This document shows positions 40,141 through 54,045 of a DNA stretch of 64,000 nucleotides, in pieces. A program made the position numbers and the translations under genes. The DNA lies in the NCBI RefSeq assembly GCF_018350175.1, contig NC_058368.1, positions 47,246,001 through 47,310,000 on the forward strand, given 5' to 3'. The notes under the pieces were generated by a model. It made no database searches. It was not told the origin of the DNA and saw only the letters and a program-made list of their open reading frames with translations. Positions within the stretch are counted from its first letter, which is position 1; each line of letters begins with the position of its first letter. The DNA is from Felis catus. Taxonomy: Eukaryota.

Positions 40141-40671
40141 AAGTCAATTCAGGTTTTGGTCAGTGGGCACAAGAAATGCTAAAAACCCATCACTTAGTTC
40201 CCATTGGTACAAACTGCCTAGTGTTCTTTTTTTTTTTTTTTTTTTTTTTTTTAATGGCAGCAACATGAAATGTAGCAAAGCTTGTGAGATCATGGGTAAA
40301 AAGTAGCTCAACTCTGTTTTTGTTTTTCCACTAAGTCTGGAATGTAATATCAATCACATCGTGTAACCTGCATGTTGGTTTTTTCATCTGTAAAATTAGG
40401 ATAATAATGCTACTCCTCTTCAAAGGGCAAAAAATGAGAACTATTTCATTGCATTAAACATGGAAATTGACCCATTTTATCATAAGCAAGGTGCATAAAA
40501 TATGTCCTTAGTCAAACATGGCCTCCCAATGAAAATTATTTTATAAACAAATACATATACTCATCCTTAATTCTTATACATTTAAGAAGGCATATCAAAA
40601 ACAGATTTAAAAGCAAACACACTTCATGACCTCAGATATAAAATACAGGTTTCCTTTCATTTTACCCTTTT

Positions 40672-41095
40672 TCAAAATGTTATTGTTTTTTATTTTAATT
40701 CCAGGACAGTTAACATACAGTGTTATATTAGTTTCAGGTGTATAATATAGTGATTCAACACTTCCATACATCACCCTGTGCTTATCACAAGTGCACTCCT
40801 TAGTCCCCATCACATATTTCACCCATCGCCCCACCTACCTCCCCTCTGGTAGCCATCAGTTTGTTCTCTATAGTTGAGTCTTTTTCTTGGTTTGTGTTTC
40901 TCTCTTTTTTGTCCTTTGCTCATTTGTTTTGTTTCTTAAATTCTCCATATGAGTGAAATCATAGGGTATTTGTCTTTCTCTGACTGACTTGTTTCACTTA
41001 GCATTATACTCTCGAGCTCCATCCATATTGTTGCAAATGGCAAGATTTCATTCTTTGCAGGGCTGAGTAATTTTCTCTTTTATAGATAGATAGAC

Positions 41096-41131
<36 letters not shown>

Positions 41132-41793
41132 GATAGATACCATCTCTTTCTCTTTTTTATCCATTCGTCTATAGACGCACACTTGAGCTGCTTCCATAAT
41201 TTGCCTATTGTAAATAATGCTGCAATAAACATAGGGGTGCATATATCCTTTCAAATTAGTGTTTTTGTATTCTTTGAGTAAGTACACAGCAGCATGATTA
41301 CTGAATTGTAGGGTAGTTCTATTTTTAATTTTTTGAGGAGCTTCCATACTGTTCTTCACAGTACCTGCACCAGTTTGCACTCCCACCAATGGCACATGAG
41401 GGTTACTTTTATCCCACATCTTTGCCAACACTTGTTGTTTCTTGTGTTTTTGATTTTAGCCATTCTGACTGGTGTGAGGTGATAACGGATTTTGATTTGT
41501 ATTTCCCTGATGATGAGTGATGTGGAACATCTTTTCATGTGTTGGCCATCTGTATGTCTCTTTGGAAAAATGTCTTTTCGTGTCTTCTGGCATTTTTAAT
41601 TGGATTGTTTGTTTTGGGGTGTGGAATTATATCAATTCTTTATATATTTTGGATACTAACCCTTTATCAGATATGCCATTTGCAAATATCTTCTCCTATT
41701 CAAAACTTTTAGTTTTGTTGATTGCTTCCTTTGCTATGCAGAAGCTTTTTATTTTGATGTAGCCCCAATAGTTTATTTTTGTTTTTGTTTTCC
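40672..41793 (-). mobile_element. Carnivore L1, 5'-truncated (ORF2 C-terminus plus 3' UTR), with internal (GATA)n at about 41082-41140
   Basis: ORF 41356-41538 ([29 protein letters not shown]...KCW) is L1 ORF2 C-terminal sequence; 16-bp TSD TTCATTTTACCCTTTT at 40656-40671 and 41794-41809. Confidence 0.95.
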
Positions 41794-42148
41794 TTCATTT
41801 TACCCTTTTGTGTGGAATGCATGATACGATTTAACAGTTGCAATTAATCGTCTACCAGTAGTAATTTTCTTCTATGAATGTAAGATCTGGTCCCATTATA
41901 ACAACAACAACAATAGTAATAACATCAGGAAATAAAACAAACACTTTCCTTGCATGATCTCATGTAATTCACACAGTTAATTTTATAGGTGAGGAAACTG
42001 GGAGTTAGAGAATTTAAATCACTTGGTTACAGTCACATCGCCAGTGGAACGGCAAAACTAAAAGCCTCCATATGTTCATCTTTGCCACGATATTTCTGGC
42101 ATTGTTGGGCTTTCATTTTGTCCTAAGATTGTTAGGAAACATACATCC

Positions 42149-42506
42149 TGCAATGGCCTGAATGTTTGTGTTCCCCCAAATTCATTTGTTGAAATCCTAA
42201 CTCCCAATGTGATAATATTAGTAGGTGGGGCCTTTGCCACCTAAGCAGGTGTTTAAGCCATGAGAGTGGAGGTTCATCAAGAGGATTAGTGCCTTGTAAA
42301 AAATGGCTCCAGAGAGGTCCCTAGATCCCTCCCCCATGTGAGGGTACAGTGAGAAAGCACTGGTTGTGAGCTTTCACAAGAAAGTGACCATTCTGGTGTC
42401 TTAATCCTAGACTTCTACGCCTTAGAACTGCGAGAAATAAATTTCTGTTGTTTATAGGACACCCAAGCTGTATGTTCTGTTATCACAGCCCCAGCAGACT
42501 AAGACA
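42149..42506 (+). mobile_element. MLT1A-type MaLR solo LTR
   Basis: tgcaatggcctgaatgtttgtgttcccccaaattcatttgttgaaatcctaac...aataaatttctgttgtttata...gactaagaca. Confidence 0.88.
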
Positions 42507-44865
42507 CATCCCAACTAGACTTCTTGGAGCACGTTCTAAGGAACAGGCCACTGGATTTCAGTACAACAATAGTAATGACACAACCTGCATCAGCCTGCAT
42601 TGTACACCCATGTTTTATTGTGTTCAATTCCTCTACTGGCCATTGACTCATATTATGAGCATTTATAGTTCTTAGTTTCAGGCACTATTCTTTTGGTATC
42701 TACCTCAGGCCTTTATACCAGAATACTGACTGCTGACCGTGTGGCTTATGGGACTTAGCCAAGATTACAGGTACGAATGTCAAACAGGATTCCATGTGAA
42801 ATACCCTTTAAAGGAGAAATAGGCACATGGTAAACATCTGTACAGAATTACAGCCTTCTTCTCTTGTTCTAGGTTGGCTGTTGTAATTGACCGCCTGTAT
42901 TGCCACAGCATTTAAATACTGTAACATGCTAAGAACAACCTCCTTTGCCTCTTAGGTCCTTCTTATTTTTTGTTTCTGCCAGCACACTCCATGTCGGTTA
43001 ACAACTATACTCTTTACATAATTCTAAAATATTGAGCTGTATGCTAAATAAGTAAAATATTTTAAGATAATGTCCTGAGAGAATAGTGTGTCGTATTATA
43101 ACTCAATATGCCCTAAGGTAATTATTCAGATATCAATATGCAAAAGAGCAGTATGTTGTAGTACCCTATATTTCTTTTTATTTTGCTTCTTTGTAGCAAG
43201 CAATAAATTTCAAGATGCAAAGGGAAAAAATATTAAAGGAAAAGTTTGCCGTTGATTTTCTTCACAAGATTGTTTGCCTGGGGAGAGGGAAGTTTCACTT
43301 GGTTCTTTCCTAATTATTCATGTAAATTAAATTCTACAAGTGAAGAAAAATTCATGAAAGTCATACTTACTCATCTGAGAGGGAGATATGGCATATGAAT
43401 GGGGCCCATAACCTCGGAAGGTGAAATGTAGAAAATATCACAAGCAACTCCCACATTAAGTTAAGTGAACCAAAAAAAAAGGGAGATTCTGGTGTGAAGG
43501 AGACTTCAAGGATACCCTCCCTAATCGCCTCTTAATAGTCTCAAATCTCTGACACAGGAAACAAATCAAGAATTCCGAGAACATGGAATTATTAATCACT
43601 TATATTTGATACCAAATGTAAGCACTCCTAGACACATTTTAAATTTTAAAAACCTTTTAAATATAACATTTAAAAAGCACAGAGTGTAATTTACATTTTT
43701 AAGACATTAGTATGTGGCACATCCCAGGAAAAGTTAATTGTACCTTCTTTGTATTTTTCTGAAACTCACACTTTTTTCCTCCGAAGCCTAGTATGTGTTA
43801 AGATGAAATTTAACCATAAATTACTACAGACTTGTATGCTGACTAACGTTCAAGAGTCAAAGGGAAGTCAAATCATTCAGCAAATATTTATGGAAAATGC
43901 CCCCTGTGTGTGGCATTGTGCTGAACAACACAATAGCATTCCTCACTTCAGGTATAAACAGTTTAATCAATCCTTTCACAAAAGAATTACCAAGTAAATA
44001 GAAAGTGTGTCCACCAATCGTGGGAATGTTTTAGCTTGCATCTCCTCAGGATAAAGTTGAAAACTATGAAGAAAGGATAAACCAGAGCTGATGAGGAGTT
44101 GAATCCGGAGAAGGAAGACAGAGGAAACAAAGACCAAGCCAAAGATAAAGCAAAGGTAAAAATCAAGACAGTGATGGAAACTGGGAGAGAGTTGATGAGA
44201 CCAGGATAACAAGATAAGTAGCACAGATGTTGAGCTGGAAGTAACAGTCATATGCCCAAGGACAGATGTACTAGAGACAGCTGAAGGTATTTGTCCAGAA
44301 CTTGAGAGTTCTAAAAGATTGTCTTCAAATATACAATGAGGAAGAAAGTACCAGGAGTGGAAAAATATGACCCTGAGTTTTGGTCACTCACATCTATCTA
44401 GTAAAGGTAATAAAGAGAAGACACAGGCAAAAGAGGACAAAAAGTAATTGTTGAGGAGGGCATGGTAACCTGTTTGGTCAAAACACTGAGATGCCACTGA
44501 GTTCAGAAAAAAGCACTGATGCACAAGTAAATAGCAACATATATCAAGAAGGCTAGCAGCTAAGAGATAACCACCAAATCTGACTAGGACAGTGCCAGTG
44601 GCTATCACAACAGATCATCCAAGAAGACATACAAATGGCCAATAAGCACATGAAAAGATCCTCAACATGAGTAATCTTTAGAAAATGAAAATTAAAACCA
44701 TAAACAGATACCACTTCACACCTACTAGAAAGGCTATTATCAAAGAAGAAGGAAGAGGAGGAGATAGACAGGAGGAGAAGGGGAGGAGGAGGAGGGGAGG
44801 GGGGAGGGGAAGAAGAGGAGGAGAGGGGGAGGAAGAGGAGGAGAATGAGAAAAAGGAAGGAACTG

Positions 44866-45039
44866 GGGCACCTACCTGGGTGGCTCAATCGTTGAATGTC
44901 TGGCTTCAGTTCAGGTCATGATCTTGCAATCTGTGAGTTCAGGCCCCTTGTCGGGCTCTGTGCTGACAGCTCAGAGCCTGGAGCCTACTTCGGATTCTGT
45001 GTCTCCCTCTCTCCCTGCACCTGCCCTGCTCGCGCTCTC

Positions 45040-45088
<49 letters not shown>

Positions 45089-45110
45089 AATAAATAAACA
45101 TTTAAAAAAA
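44866..45110 (+). mobile_element. Can-SINE
   Basis: ggggcacctacctgggtggctcaatcg head (small acct duplication), CT tract, A tail. Confidence 0.93.
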
Positions 45111-45114
45111 CAGT

Positions 45115-45277
45115 AAGGAAAAGGGAGGGAGGGAGGGAGGGAGGGAGGAAGGAAGGAAGGAAGGAAGGAAGGAAGGAAGGAAGGAAGGAAAGAAGGGAGG
45201 GAGGAGGGAAGGAAGGAAGGAAGGAAGGAAGGAAGGAAGGAAGGAAGGAAGGAAAGAAGGAAAGAGAAAAGAAAAGA
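45115..45277. repeat. (GGGA)n/(GGAA)n polypurine microsatellite
   Basis: Directly visible; a second GA-rich tract lies at 44743-44862. Confidence 0.95.
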
Positions 45278-46809
45278 ACAAATACTGGAGAGAATGTGGA
45301 GAAATTAGAACGCTTATGCATTGTGGCAGGAATGTAAAACACACGATTACCATATGATCCAGCAATTCCACTACTGAGTATATACCCAAAAGAATTGGAA
45401 GCAGGGATTTGAACAAGTATTTGTGCACCAATTTCATAGCAACATTATTCATAATAGCACCAAGTGGCAACAACACAAATGTCCATCAAAAGATGAACTG
45501 ATAAACAAAATGTAGCCTACATATACAATGGAAATTATTTAGCCTTAGAAAGGAATGAAATTCTGACACATGCTACACAACATGGATGAACAATGAGGAC
45601 ATTATGTTAACTGAAAGAGGCCAGATACATTTGTCTTTTTGGACAAATGTTGTATTATTTCTCTTACACGAGTTATCTAGAATGGGAAAATTCATAGAGA
45701 CAGAAACAGACTACAGGCTGCAGGACTGGAGATAGGAGGAGAATAGGGAATATTTAATGGGTATAGAGTTCTGTTTGGGATGATTAAAAGTTCTAGAGGG
45801 AAATGGTGTTGGTGGTTGCACAACAGAGTGAATGTACTTACCATTAAGTGCCTTGAATTATATACTTTCAAAAGTTTAAAATAGTAAATTTTATGTTATA
45901 TGCATTTTACATTTTAAAAAGTGGGGGAGAAAACAGATCAACAGAGCTGGGAGAGAAGAAACCAGATGACAGAGATCCTGGGTGAAGGGTCTGTGGAAGA
46001 AATGGAGTTTACACGTGACCCTCCCTCAAGAAGATGGTATACCCAATGAGCACGGTGGCAAAAGCACAAGCTTCTCCTCAAACCGAGCGCACTATGAAGA
46101 ATATTCTTTGCGAATAGGAAATGAGATATTTCCTACCAGCTGAGTCACTCCATTTCAACCCTTGTGGAGCATGGACTGTGCCAGGACATGGAGATACAAA
46201 CTTAATAATTTGTGGCCTCTGCATTTAAAGGTTCACTATCTGTTGGAGAGTCCTGAACCTGGGGCCAATTTTATTTATTCACCAAGTCAATTAGCATTTA
46301 TTGAGCACCTACTATACATCGAGCCCAAAACCAGTCAGTAGAGTCACTGGAAGTTACATAGAAAGCAGGCAGCTATCAACAAGGCAAGACTTCAGGGGTG
46401 ACTAAACGGATGTTTGGGTGTCCCTAGAAGACAATGTGAAGTAACCAAGAATGACTTGCCTCATTTCTTTCTTGAATAAGACCTATTAGTAGGTCAGAAA
46501 ATCCATTGGCATGGTATATTTGAACTTCAGCAAGTCTTTCATAGTGTTCATGCACACAATATGGAGATAAATAAGCTGGAATAAGTGCAGAATAAGAACT
46601 TCAAGAAAAAGGGACTATAGACATTTGGGAGAAAGAGTAGACCCCATAATAAAGGGGTGTCAGGAAAATTACTTTGGATGGGAAGAGGTTACTCAATTAG
46701 GGTAAGAAATTTAGTGCAGTCTAATTTTAATCTAATAATCATAATCTAATCTAATCATCATAATCATCTAATTTTAATCTAATAATCTAAATTTATCGAA
46801 ATAAGCTTA

Positions 46810-47050
46810 ATAATAGTAATGATTTACTTAGCACTTACTACCTGCCAAGTATGGTGCTAAGCACTTTCCATAAATTAACCTTTTTAGTCTTCATCACAAA
46901 TCTTTGCAGGTAGATATTATTTTCACCTTTACAAACAAGGAACCTGAGGGTCAGAGAGGTTAAGAGACCTGGCCAAAGTAATACAGCCAGCAGGTGAAAG
47001 AACGGGGATTAGAAGCTGGTCCGAGTGTAAGGGTTGTGCTCTTAAATACT
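46810..47050 (-). mobile_element. MIR SINE
   Basis: agcacttactacctgccaag...tttacaaacaaggaacctgagggtcagagaggttaagagacctggccaaag. Confidence 0.8.
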
Positions 47051-47109
47051 ACCTAAGCTCTACTGGGGTAATACTGGGCATTAATTTAAAATAAGACAGG
47101 AGGTCCTGG

Positions 47110-47304
47110 AGGCGCCTGGGTAGCTCAGTCAGTTGAGCCTCTGACCTCGGCTCAGGTCATGATCTGGTGGTTCAAGAGTTCAGGCCCACGTTGGGCTCAC
47201 TGCTATTGGTGTGGAACCTGCTTCGATCCTCTGTTCCCTTCTCTTTGCCCCTCCCCCACTTGTACTCTCTTTCTCCCCAAAATAAATAAATTAAAAAAAA
47301 AAAA
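47110..47304 (+). mobile_element. Can-SINE (first of a tandem pair)
   Basis: ggcgcctgggtagctcagtcagttgag head, A tail. Confidence 0.9.
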
Positions 47305-47310
47305 AAGACA

Positions 47311-47540
47311 GGGGGTCTTGGGTGGCTCAGGCCGCGGAGTAGCTGACTTAGTTTTGGCTCAGGTCATGATCTCACGTCGTGAGTTCAAGCCACGCATCAG
47401 GCTCCGAGCTAAGTGCATGCGGAACCTACTTGGGATTCTCTCTCTCTCTCTCTCTATCCTTCTGTCTGCCCTTCCCTCACTTGTGCTCGCTTGTTCTTAA
47501 AATAAATAAATTTTTAAAAAATAATAAAATAAAATAAAAC
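47311..47540 (+). mobile_element. Can-SINE (second of a tandem pair)
   Basis: gggggtcttgggtggctcag head, CT tract, aaaat tail. Confidence 0.88.
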
Positions 47541-48104
47541 TGTGCATCCCCAGGCTGTGTGGGGAAACCAGTCCTGTCCTGGGGAGCCTAGAGACAAAGG
47601 CAGCCATGGAGAGCCACTTGTGAGTTAGGCAGGTGGATGGTGGGAGGAATGGAAGAGGCAAGAGACTGGGAGACCAGCTGGAGGGACTTGGTTGTGAAAT
47701 GGAGAGAGAACAGGGCGATTCGAATGGCGGTTAATGAGGCAAACTAGATGACAAGTGTGACTTAATTTTCTTCTAATAAGGACCTTAGAAACCACAACTC
47801 TGTGCACTGCATGCTCTGTCCAGTTGGTGCCTTCAGTATTGCTGGTGGGAAATATACAAACTGGTTGATATAATAGCTATTTCTGGGCTTCTCTCCTTTA
47901 AGTACCCATAATAACTTTATTCTTCTTAATAACATCCTAATTAAAATATTTGGTCTTCATCACAAATCTCAAATTCCTTTCGTGGACTAAACAAGGCAAA
48001 ACATCATACAAAGTTTAATATGTTTTTACATGGATACACCATTAACCTTATTTCTTTCATCTATCTCAATACCATATTTAAATAATGGCAATTTATTTGT
48101 ATGA

Positions 48105-48287
48105 ACTTTTCTTTAATGTAATCTATTGTCAAGTTGGCTAACATACAGTGTATACAGTGTGCTCTTGGTTTTGGGGGTAGATTCCTGTGATTCATCGCTT
48201 ACATACAACACCCAGTGCTTATCCCAGCATGTGCCCTCCTCGATGCCCATCACCCATTTTCCCCTCTCCCTCACCCCCCCCATCAAC
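48105..48287 (-). mobile_element. Carnivore L1 3' UTR end fragment (same type as 6270-6512)
   Basis: tattgtcaagttggctaacatacag...acaacacccagtgcttatccca. Confidence 0.85.
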
Positions 48288-49377
48288 TTTTAAACAGTAA
48301 AAGGTACTGCTATAATGTTGTCAAACATGACAGTGAACTAAGCCTAGTAACTGTTCCAAGGTAAAGCACAACAACATCTGTTGTTTAAATAACAACAGAT
48401 ATTAATATCAGGGTAGCAATTACAGTTTATTCTCAAAAACCAATAGAACTTTTTAGGTTCCTGTGGTCAATCTACACAGATATTAACATAGCCAAATAAT
48501 CCAAAGGTAGCACTATAAATGGGGAGCCAATATTATAATGCTCACATACCTTTCAATTATGTGCACTTTATAAATTTTGAGTTCAAACAGTGCAAAGAAA
48601 ATGCTGTTTTTATCTAAACTTATGAAAACAGTTGGTCACCTGCTGAGTCCAAGGAGAATCTAAAGTTTTCTATCATTTATAAGCAGTCTCCTGCCTTAAA
48701 TATAAAATCATTGGCTTACACAGTGAATCATTATAAATCTCTCACAAGCTTTTAAACCAATCAGTCAAGCTTAGAATGCAGTGATTTGGAGAATCATAGC
48801 TCTGAGGCTTTGGGGCCTCACTGTGCATGGGTAATAAATGTAAATGATTTTGTAACTTGTAGAAACATAGGTTAGTTCGCTCTTCACCTCCCAAGGAGCA
48901 ACTGGGTTTGACTAAGGAGGTTTACTGTGGTCCTAGGGAAAAAAAATCTATTATGTCATTTTCCTTCCTGAATCCTGGGAGAAAGAATAACATTAAAAGC
49001 AGTTAATCTGTTAAGCATACAAACTCTACTATATAGAAAACCGCCACTCAGAAAATCTAAATTCCCTCTGTAATCTGTAGCATATCCAGTGAGAAAAAAA
49101 AAAAAAGCCTTTCCGAAGCAAATTTCTCTCTGTGGTACCATTTACCCAGTTTACCCCGCTGTGGGCAAGAGAATCTTAATTATAAAAATCAAAAAATATT
49201 CGTTGAGTATCATTGCCATTCTCAAAAAAAGAAAAAGAAAAATCCCTTTTGCATTATTCATGAAATAAAGTCAAAAATTTGAAAATAAATACTATGCAGA
49301 GTTCAAATGATTTTTTTTTCAATTCAGGACAATTTCACGAAGACAGAAAAAGAATGCTAAGAATGGTAACATTTTTA

Positions 49378-49631
49378 TTTTATTTTATTTTATTTTTATT
49401 TTATAATTTATTTTTAAATTTTTTTTCAACGTTTTTATTTATTTTTGGGACAGAGAGAGACAGAGCATGAACGGGGGAGGGGCAGAGAGAGAGGGAGACA
49501 CAGAATCGGAAACAGGCTCCAGGCTCTGAGCCATCAGCCCAGAGCCCGACGCGGGGCTCGAACTCCCGGACCGCGAGATCGTGACCTGGCTGAAGTCGGA
49601 CGCTCAACCGACTGCGCCACCCAGGCGCCCC
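49378..49631 (-). mobile_element. Can-SINE, young SINEC_Fc subfamily
   Basis: CpG-intact; 18-bp TSD AGAATGGTAACATTTTTA at 49360-49377 and 49632-49649. Confidence 0.97.
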
Positions 49632-49734
49632 AGAATGGTAACATTTTTAAATGAGAATTGTACATACGTTATCATACAGTTAATTAAAGGTTAATTATAG
49701 ACACAAAACTGTAAGTAATGTAAAGTGAGGTTCT

Positions 49735-49951
49735 TTTCTTTTAAATGTTTTTGGGTTTTTTGAGAGAGAGAGAGAGAGACTGAGTGTGAGCAGGGGAGGG
49801 ACAGAGAGAGAGGGAGACACAGAATCCGAAGCAGGCTCCAGGCTCTGAGCTGTCAGCACAGAGCCCCACACAGGGCTCGAACTTACAGACCTTGAGATCA
49901 TGACCTGAGCTGAAGCCTGACACTTAACCGACTGAGCCACCCAGGCGCCCC
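49735..49951 (-). mobile_element. Can-SINE
   Basis: gagccacccaggcgcccc terminus; TSD approximately aaa..gaggttct. Confidence 0.93.
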
Positions 49952-50662
49952 AAATCGAGGTTCTAATTGTAATTATAATTTCTCCCCACTAGAGACCTGG
50001 TAAAATCTCTCAACCCAAAATGGAGAGTCAAATAAACCTGCTCTAGGTCTGATGTGGATTTGTCATCTTGTGTTATTTTAGTTCCACTGATGGCCTTTGT
50101 GTCCAGGCTGTTTCTGTCCCCTACATGTCACCTGCAAAGGCATGTCATCACAGTGTCAGAACATTTACTCTTTAGTCTTTGTTTCCTTTCTCAGTGTTCA
50201 GGACTTAAATGAACAAATTCCTCAAAGAGGCTTTGCCAAATTCCTTCTACTCATCACCTCTGCTTTCTAGAGCCTATCTGAGCCCTGGTGTCCCCATCCA
50301 TATTTTCTGCATTCTTCATCTTAATGCCTTCTGATGCAGGGAAGGCAGTTTCAATATCCTTTTAGCAGGAATTCTAATTAAAGTCCCAACTGAAAATTTA
50401 AAAAAAAAAGTCTGGATACCCCACAACAGGGAAAAATGCAAACAGCATGAAACATTCTCATATAAAATACCTCCCCACCACCTCACACTCTGTTCCCAGC
50501 CCCTGCTCTAGTCGTTTGAAGGATGCTTCTATTCAACCATTTTGAACCCAGCAGTATGTAAGCAAAACTTACAAATACTCAAGGCTAAAAATCATATGTT
50601 GCTTTATTTAAGCAATGACTTCTACTTTAACAATCGTTTTTTAGAGGTTAATGTTCCCTTTT

Positions 50663-51606
<944 letters not shown>

Positions 51607-52159
51607 TAATGTTCCCTTTTGATAAACACGTTCTCTTATAATTTTAGATTATGATATTAGACAGTCTTAGTGTCATTCGTGCACATCTATGAAGCAAAGA
51701 TAATTTTTATCTTCTAGTTATTGAAGACTCTTCCTCACCCTTGCTTTTACCTTATTAAGTGCCTTGTCTATATTGCACTTTTCACTCCTTGCTGTACCTT
51801 TTCAAATCTTTGAATATCTGGCTAACATCATTTCCTTCATGTAAGCATTCATAATTATTTCAGTTTTTATTTATACCTCTCTTCTCTCCTATTCAAAAAT
51901 GCTATAGTAAACCACACAATTAACCCATAGAAAAGTATTGCTTATTTCTTGATTTTGTACATATGTTAGTATTATCATCCCAGTTAGACTGTAAGTATCT
52001 CTCTTATGTTTGTGTATTCACCCCAATGTTGTGGTATCTATGAGAGAGACCAATAATAAAGACAGGTTGGTTGGTTGATGGGTTAAAAAACATCAAAAAT
52101 GGATTGAACATTAAGAAGAGAAATGCATTATGAAATGCTGATAAAAATGGAAATATTTT

Positions 52160-52166
52160 ATTAATT

Positions 52167-52205
<39 letters not shown>

Positions 52206-52400
52206 TTGAGAGAATGAGAGAAAGAGGCAGTAGGGGAGAGAGAGACACACAGACAGAGAGAAAGAGAGAGAGAGAATCTTAAGCAGGCTCCACATTCAGC
52301 TTGGAGCCTGACTCAGGGCTCGAGCCCATGACCCTGGGATCATGACCTGAGCCGAAATCAAGAGTCAGACATTCAACAAATAGAGCCACCCAGGTGCCCC
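52160..52400 (-). mobile_element. Can-SINE with (TTTA)n tail
   Basis: agagccaccccaggtgcccc terminus; TSD approximately aaaat..aatatttta. Confidence 0.92.
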
Positions 52401-53383
52401 CAAAATAGCAATATTTTAGATAGATACATACAAGTGGAATTATGATCCAAATTTATTTCAAAACTAACTTTTCCTGGAATGTTAAGGTGAAAAACTCAAA
52501 ACTCAGAGAGGTGCATTTCCTACGAGCAGACGTCAATCCCCTTCCCAGCAAGCACTGAACTGTTAAATCGTATACCAAGAGGGGAAAGCAAAATGAAAAC
52601 AGAGGAGCCTCCTGAGAGGTTTAGATCATTTAATTCATACAAGAACCATCAATAGCTAACATTTTGCAATTCTGATCACATGTCAGACACTGAGTCAAGC
52701 AAACTATTATCTCATTTGATCTAGTATCATCCCTATTTTATAGATGACAAAACTGACACACAAAAGAGGCTAAGGGTCTTCTCAAAGGTAGCCCAAAATG
52801 TACTGACTTCTTATTTTCACAGAAGCCCTAGACTGCCGGTACAAAAAAATATAACAGTTTGAACAGTGTGACATGAGAAGTGACCTGAGAGCACCCAGGA
52901 AACAGATCCCATCCAGACCAAAGGCAACTTCCAAGGGTAGCTGGTATCTTCTAATGTTGAGAGTGTGTCAAACAGGTGAAGCAAGAAAAGAGTGTTCTAA
53001 GAGAAGAACAGTATGAATAAAGGCAAGGTGGCCCAAGAAGGCATAACCCAGTCGATAACTGCAAGTAATTGGAGACTAAGACACCAAATAGTATGAAATA
53101 GAGCACACAGGGTCCCATAATGACCTGTGCAGGCAACGTGTGTACAAAGGAATATCCCATCATGATGTCAAGGTATTTGAAATTTTTTTGTTCAGCAATG
53201 TTTATACTGACTGGAAGCGTACATAAATGAAACACCCAGAGAACAAAAAAATGACATATAATCATAATCTCTCAAATTATTGCCAGGAAAAATTTAAGGG
53301 AGCTGAAAGAGTGGGATATGACCGGTCTGGGAGGAGAATTTTTGGAGAAGGTAGGTCCTGAATCAGCTAAAGAAAGCCATGGC

Positions 53384-53585
53384 GGGGTTGCCTGGATGGC
53401 TCAGTTGGTTAAGTGTCTGACTCTTAATTTCAGCTCAGGTCATGATCTCACAGTTGTGAGATCAAGCTCCACGTGGGGTTCTGTGCTGAATGTGGAGACT
53501 GCTTGGGATTCTCTTTCTCCCTCTCCCTCTTCCCCTCCCTGTCTCTCTCTCATTCTCTCTCCCTTCTCTCTCTCTCTCAAAAAAA
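53384..53585 (+). mobile_element. Can-SINE
   Basis: ggggttgcctggatggctcagttggttaag head; flanking aaagccat repeats. Confidence 0.9.
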
Positions 53586-53854
53586 AAGCCATCTAGGAAT
53601 GTATGAATGAAATTTAAAGGTAGATATGTATGGTATTTTGCTGGGGTATTTGAATATACACTCCTTTCTCCAATTAATAATTTTTTCCTGATTTGTTTTG
53701 AAGACTATAACAAAACTTCACACGTTCAAGGCACAGAACTCAGCATGTCACACAGTAAATCTTCATTTCTGTAGCATAATCAACATCACCTATATCAAAA
53801 CAGATTTTTTCTTGAAAAATTTGTTAAAATGATAGCTTAAAGTTATTGCTAATA

Positions 53855-54045
53855 GGGGTGCCTGGGTGGTTCAGTCTATTAAGTGTCTGACTCTTGATTT
53901 CAGCTCAGGTCATGATTTCATGTGTGGGGCTCTGTACTAACAGCACAGAGAGGAGCCTGCTTGGGATTCTCTCCTTCCCTCTGTCTCTGCCCCTCCACCA
54001 CTTGCGTGCTTTCTCTCTCAAAATAAGTAGATAAACATTTAAAAA
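53855..54045 (+). mobile_element. Can-SINE (internally deleted)
   Basis: ggggtgcctgggtggttcagtctattaag head; B-box region missing. Confidence 0.88.

Larger units (their letters stand above)
44607..45920 (+). mobile_element. L1 (L1MA/MB-type) 3' end interrupted by purine tracts and a Can-SINE
   Basis: aagaagacatacaaatggccaataagcacatgaaaagat...ccagcaattccactactgagtatatacccaaaagaa...aaatagtaaattttatgttatatg. Confidence 0.88.

Noticed and set aside
44553..45476. LPSF- and Pro/Ser-rich ORFs
   Set aside because: Artefacts of GGAA/GA tracts, the SINE and antisense L1.
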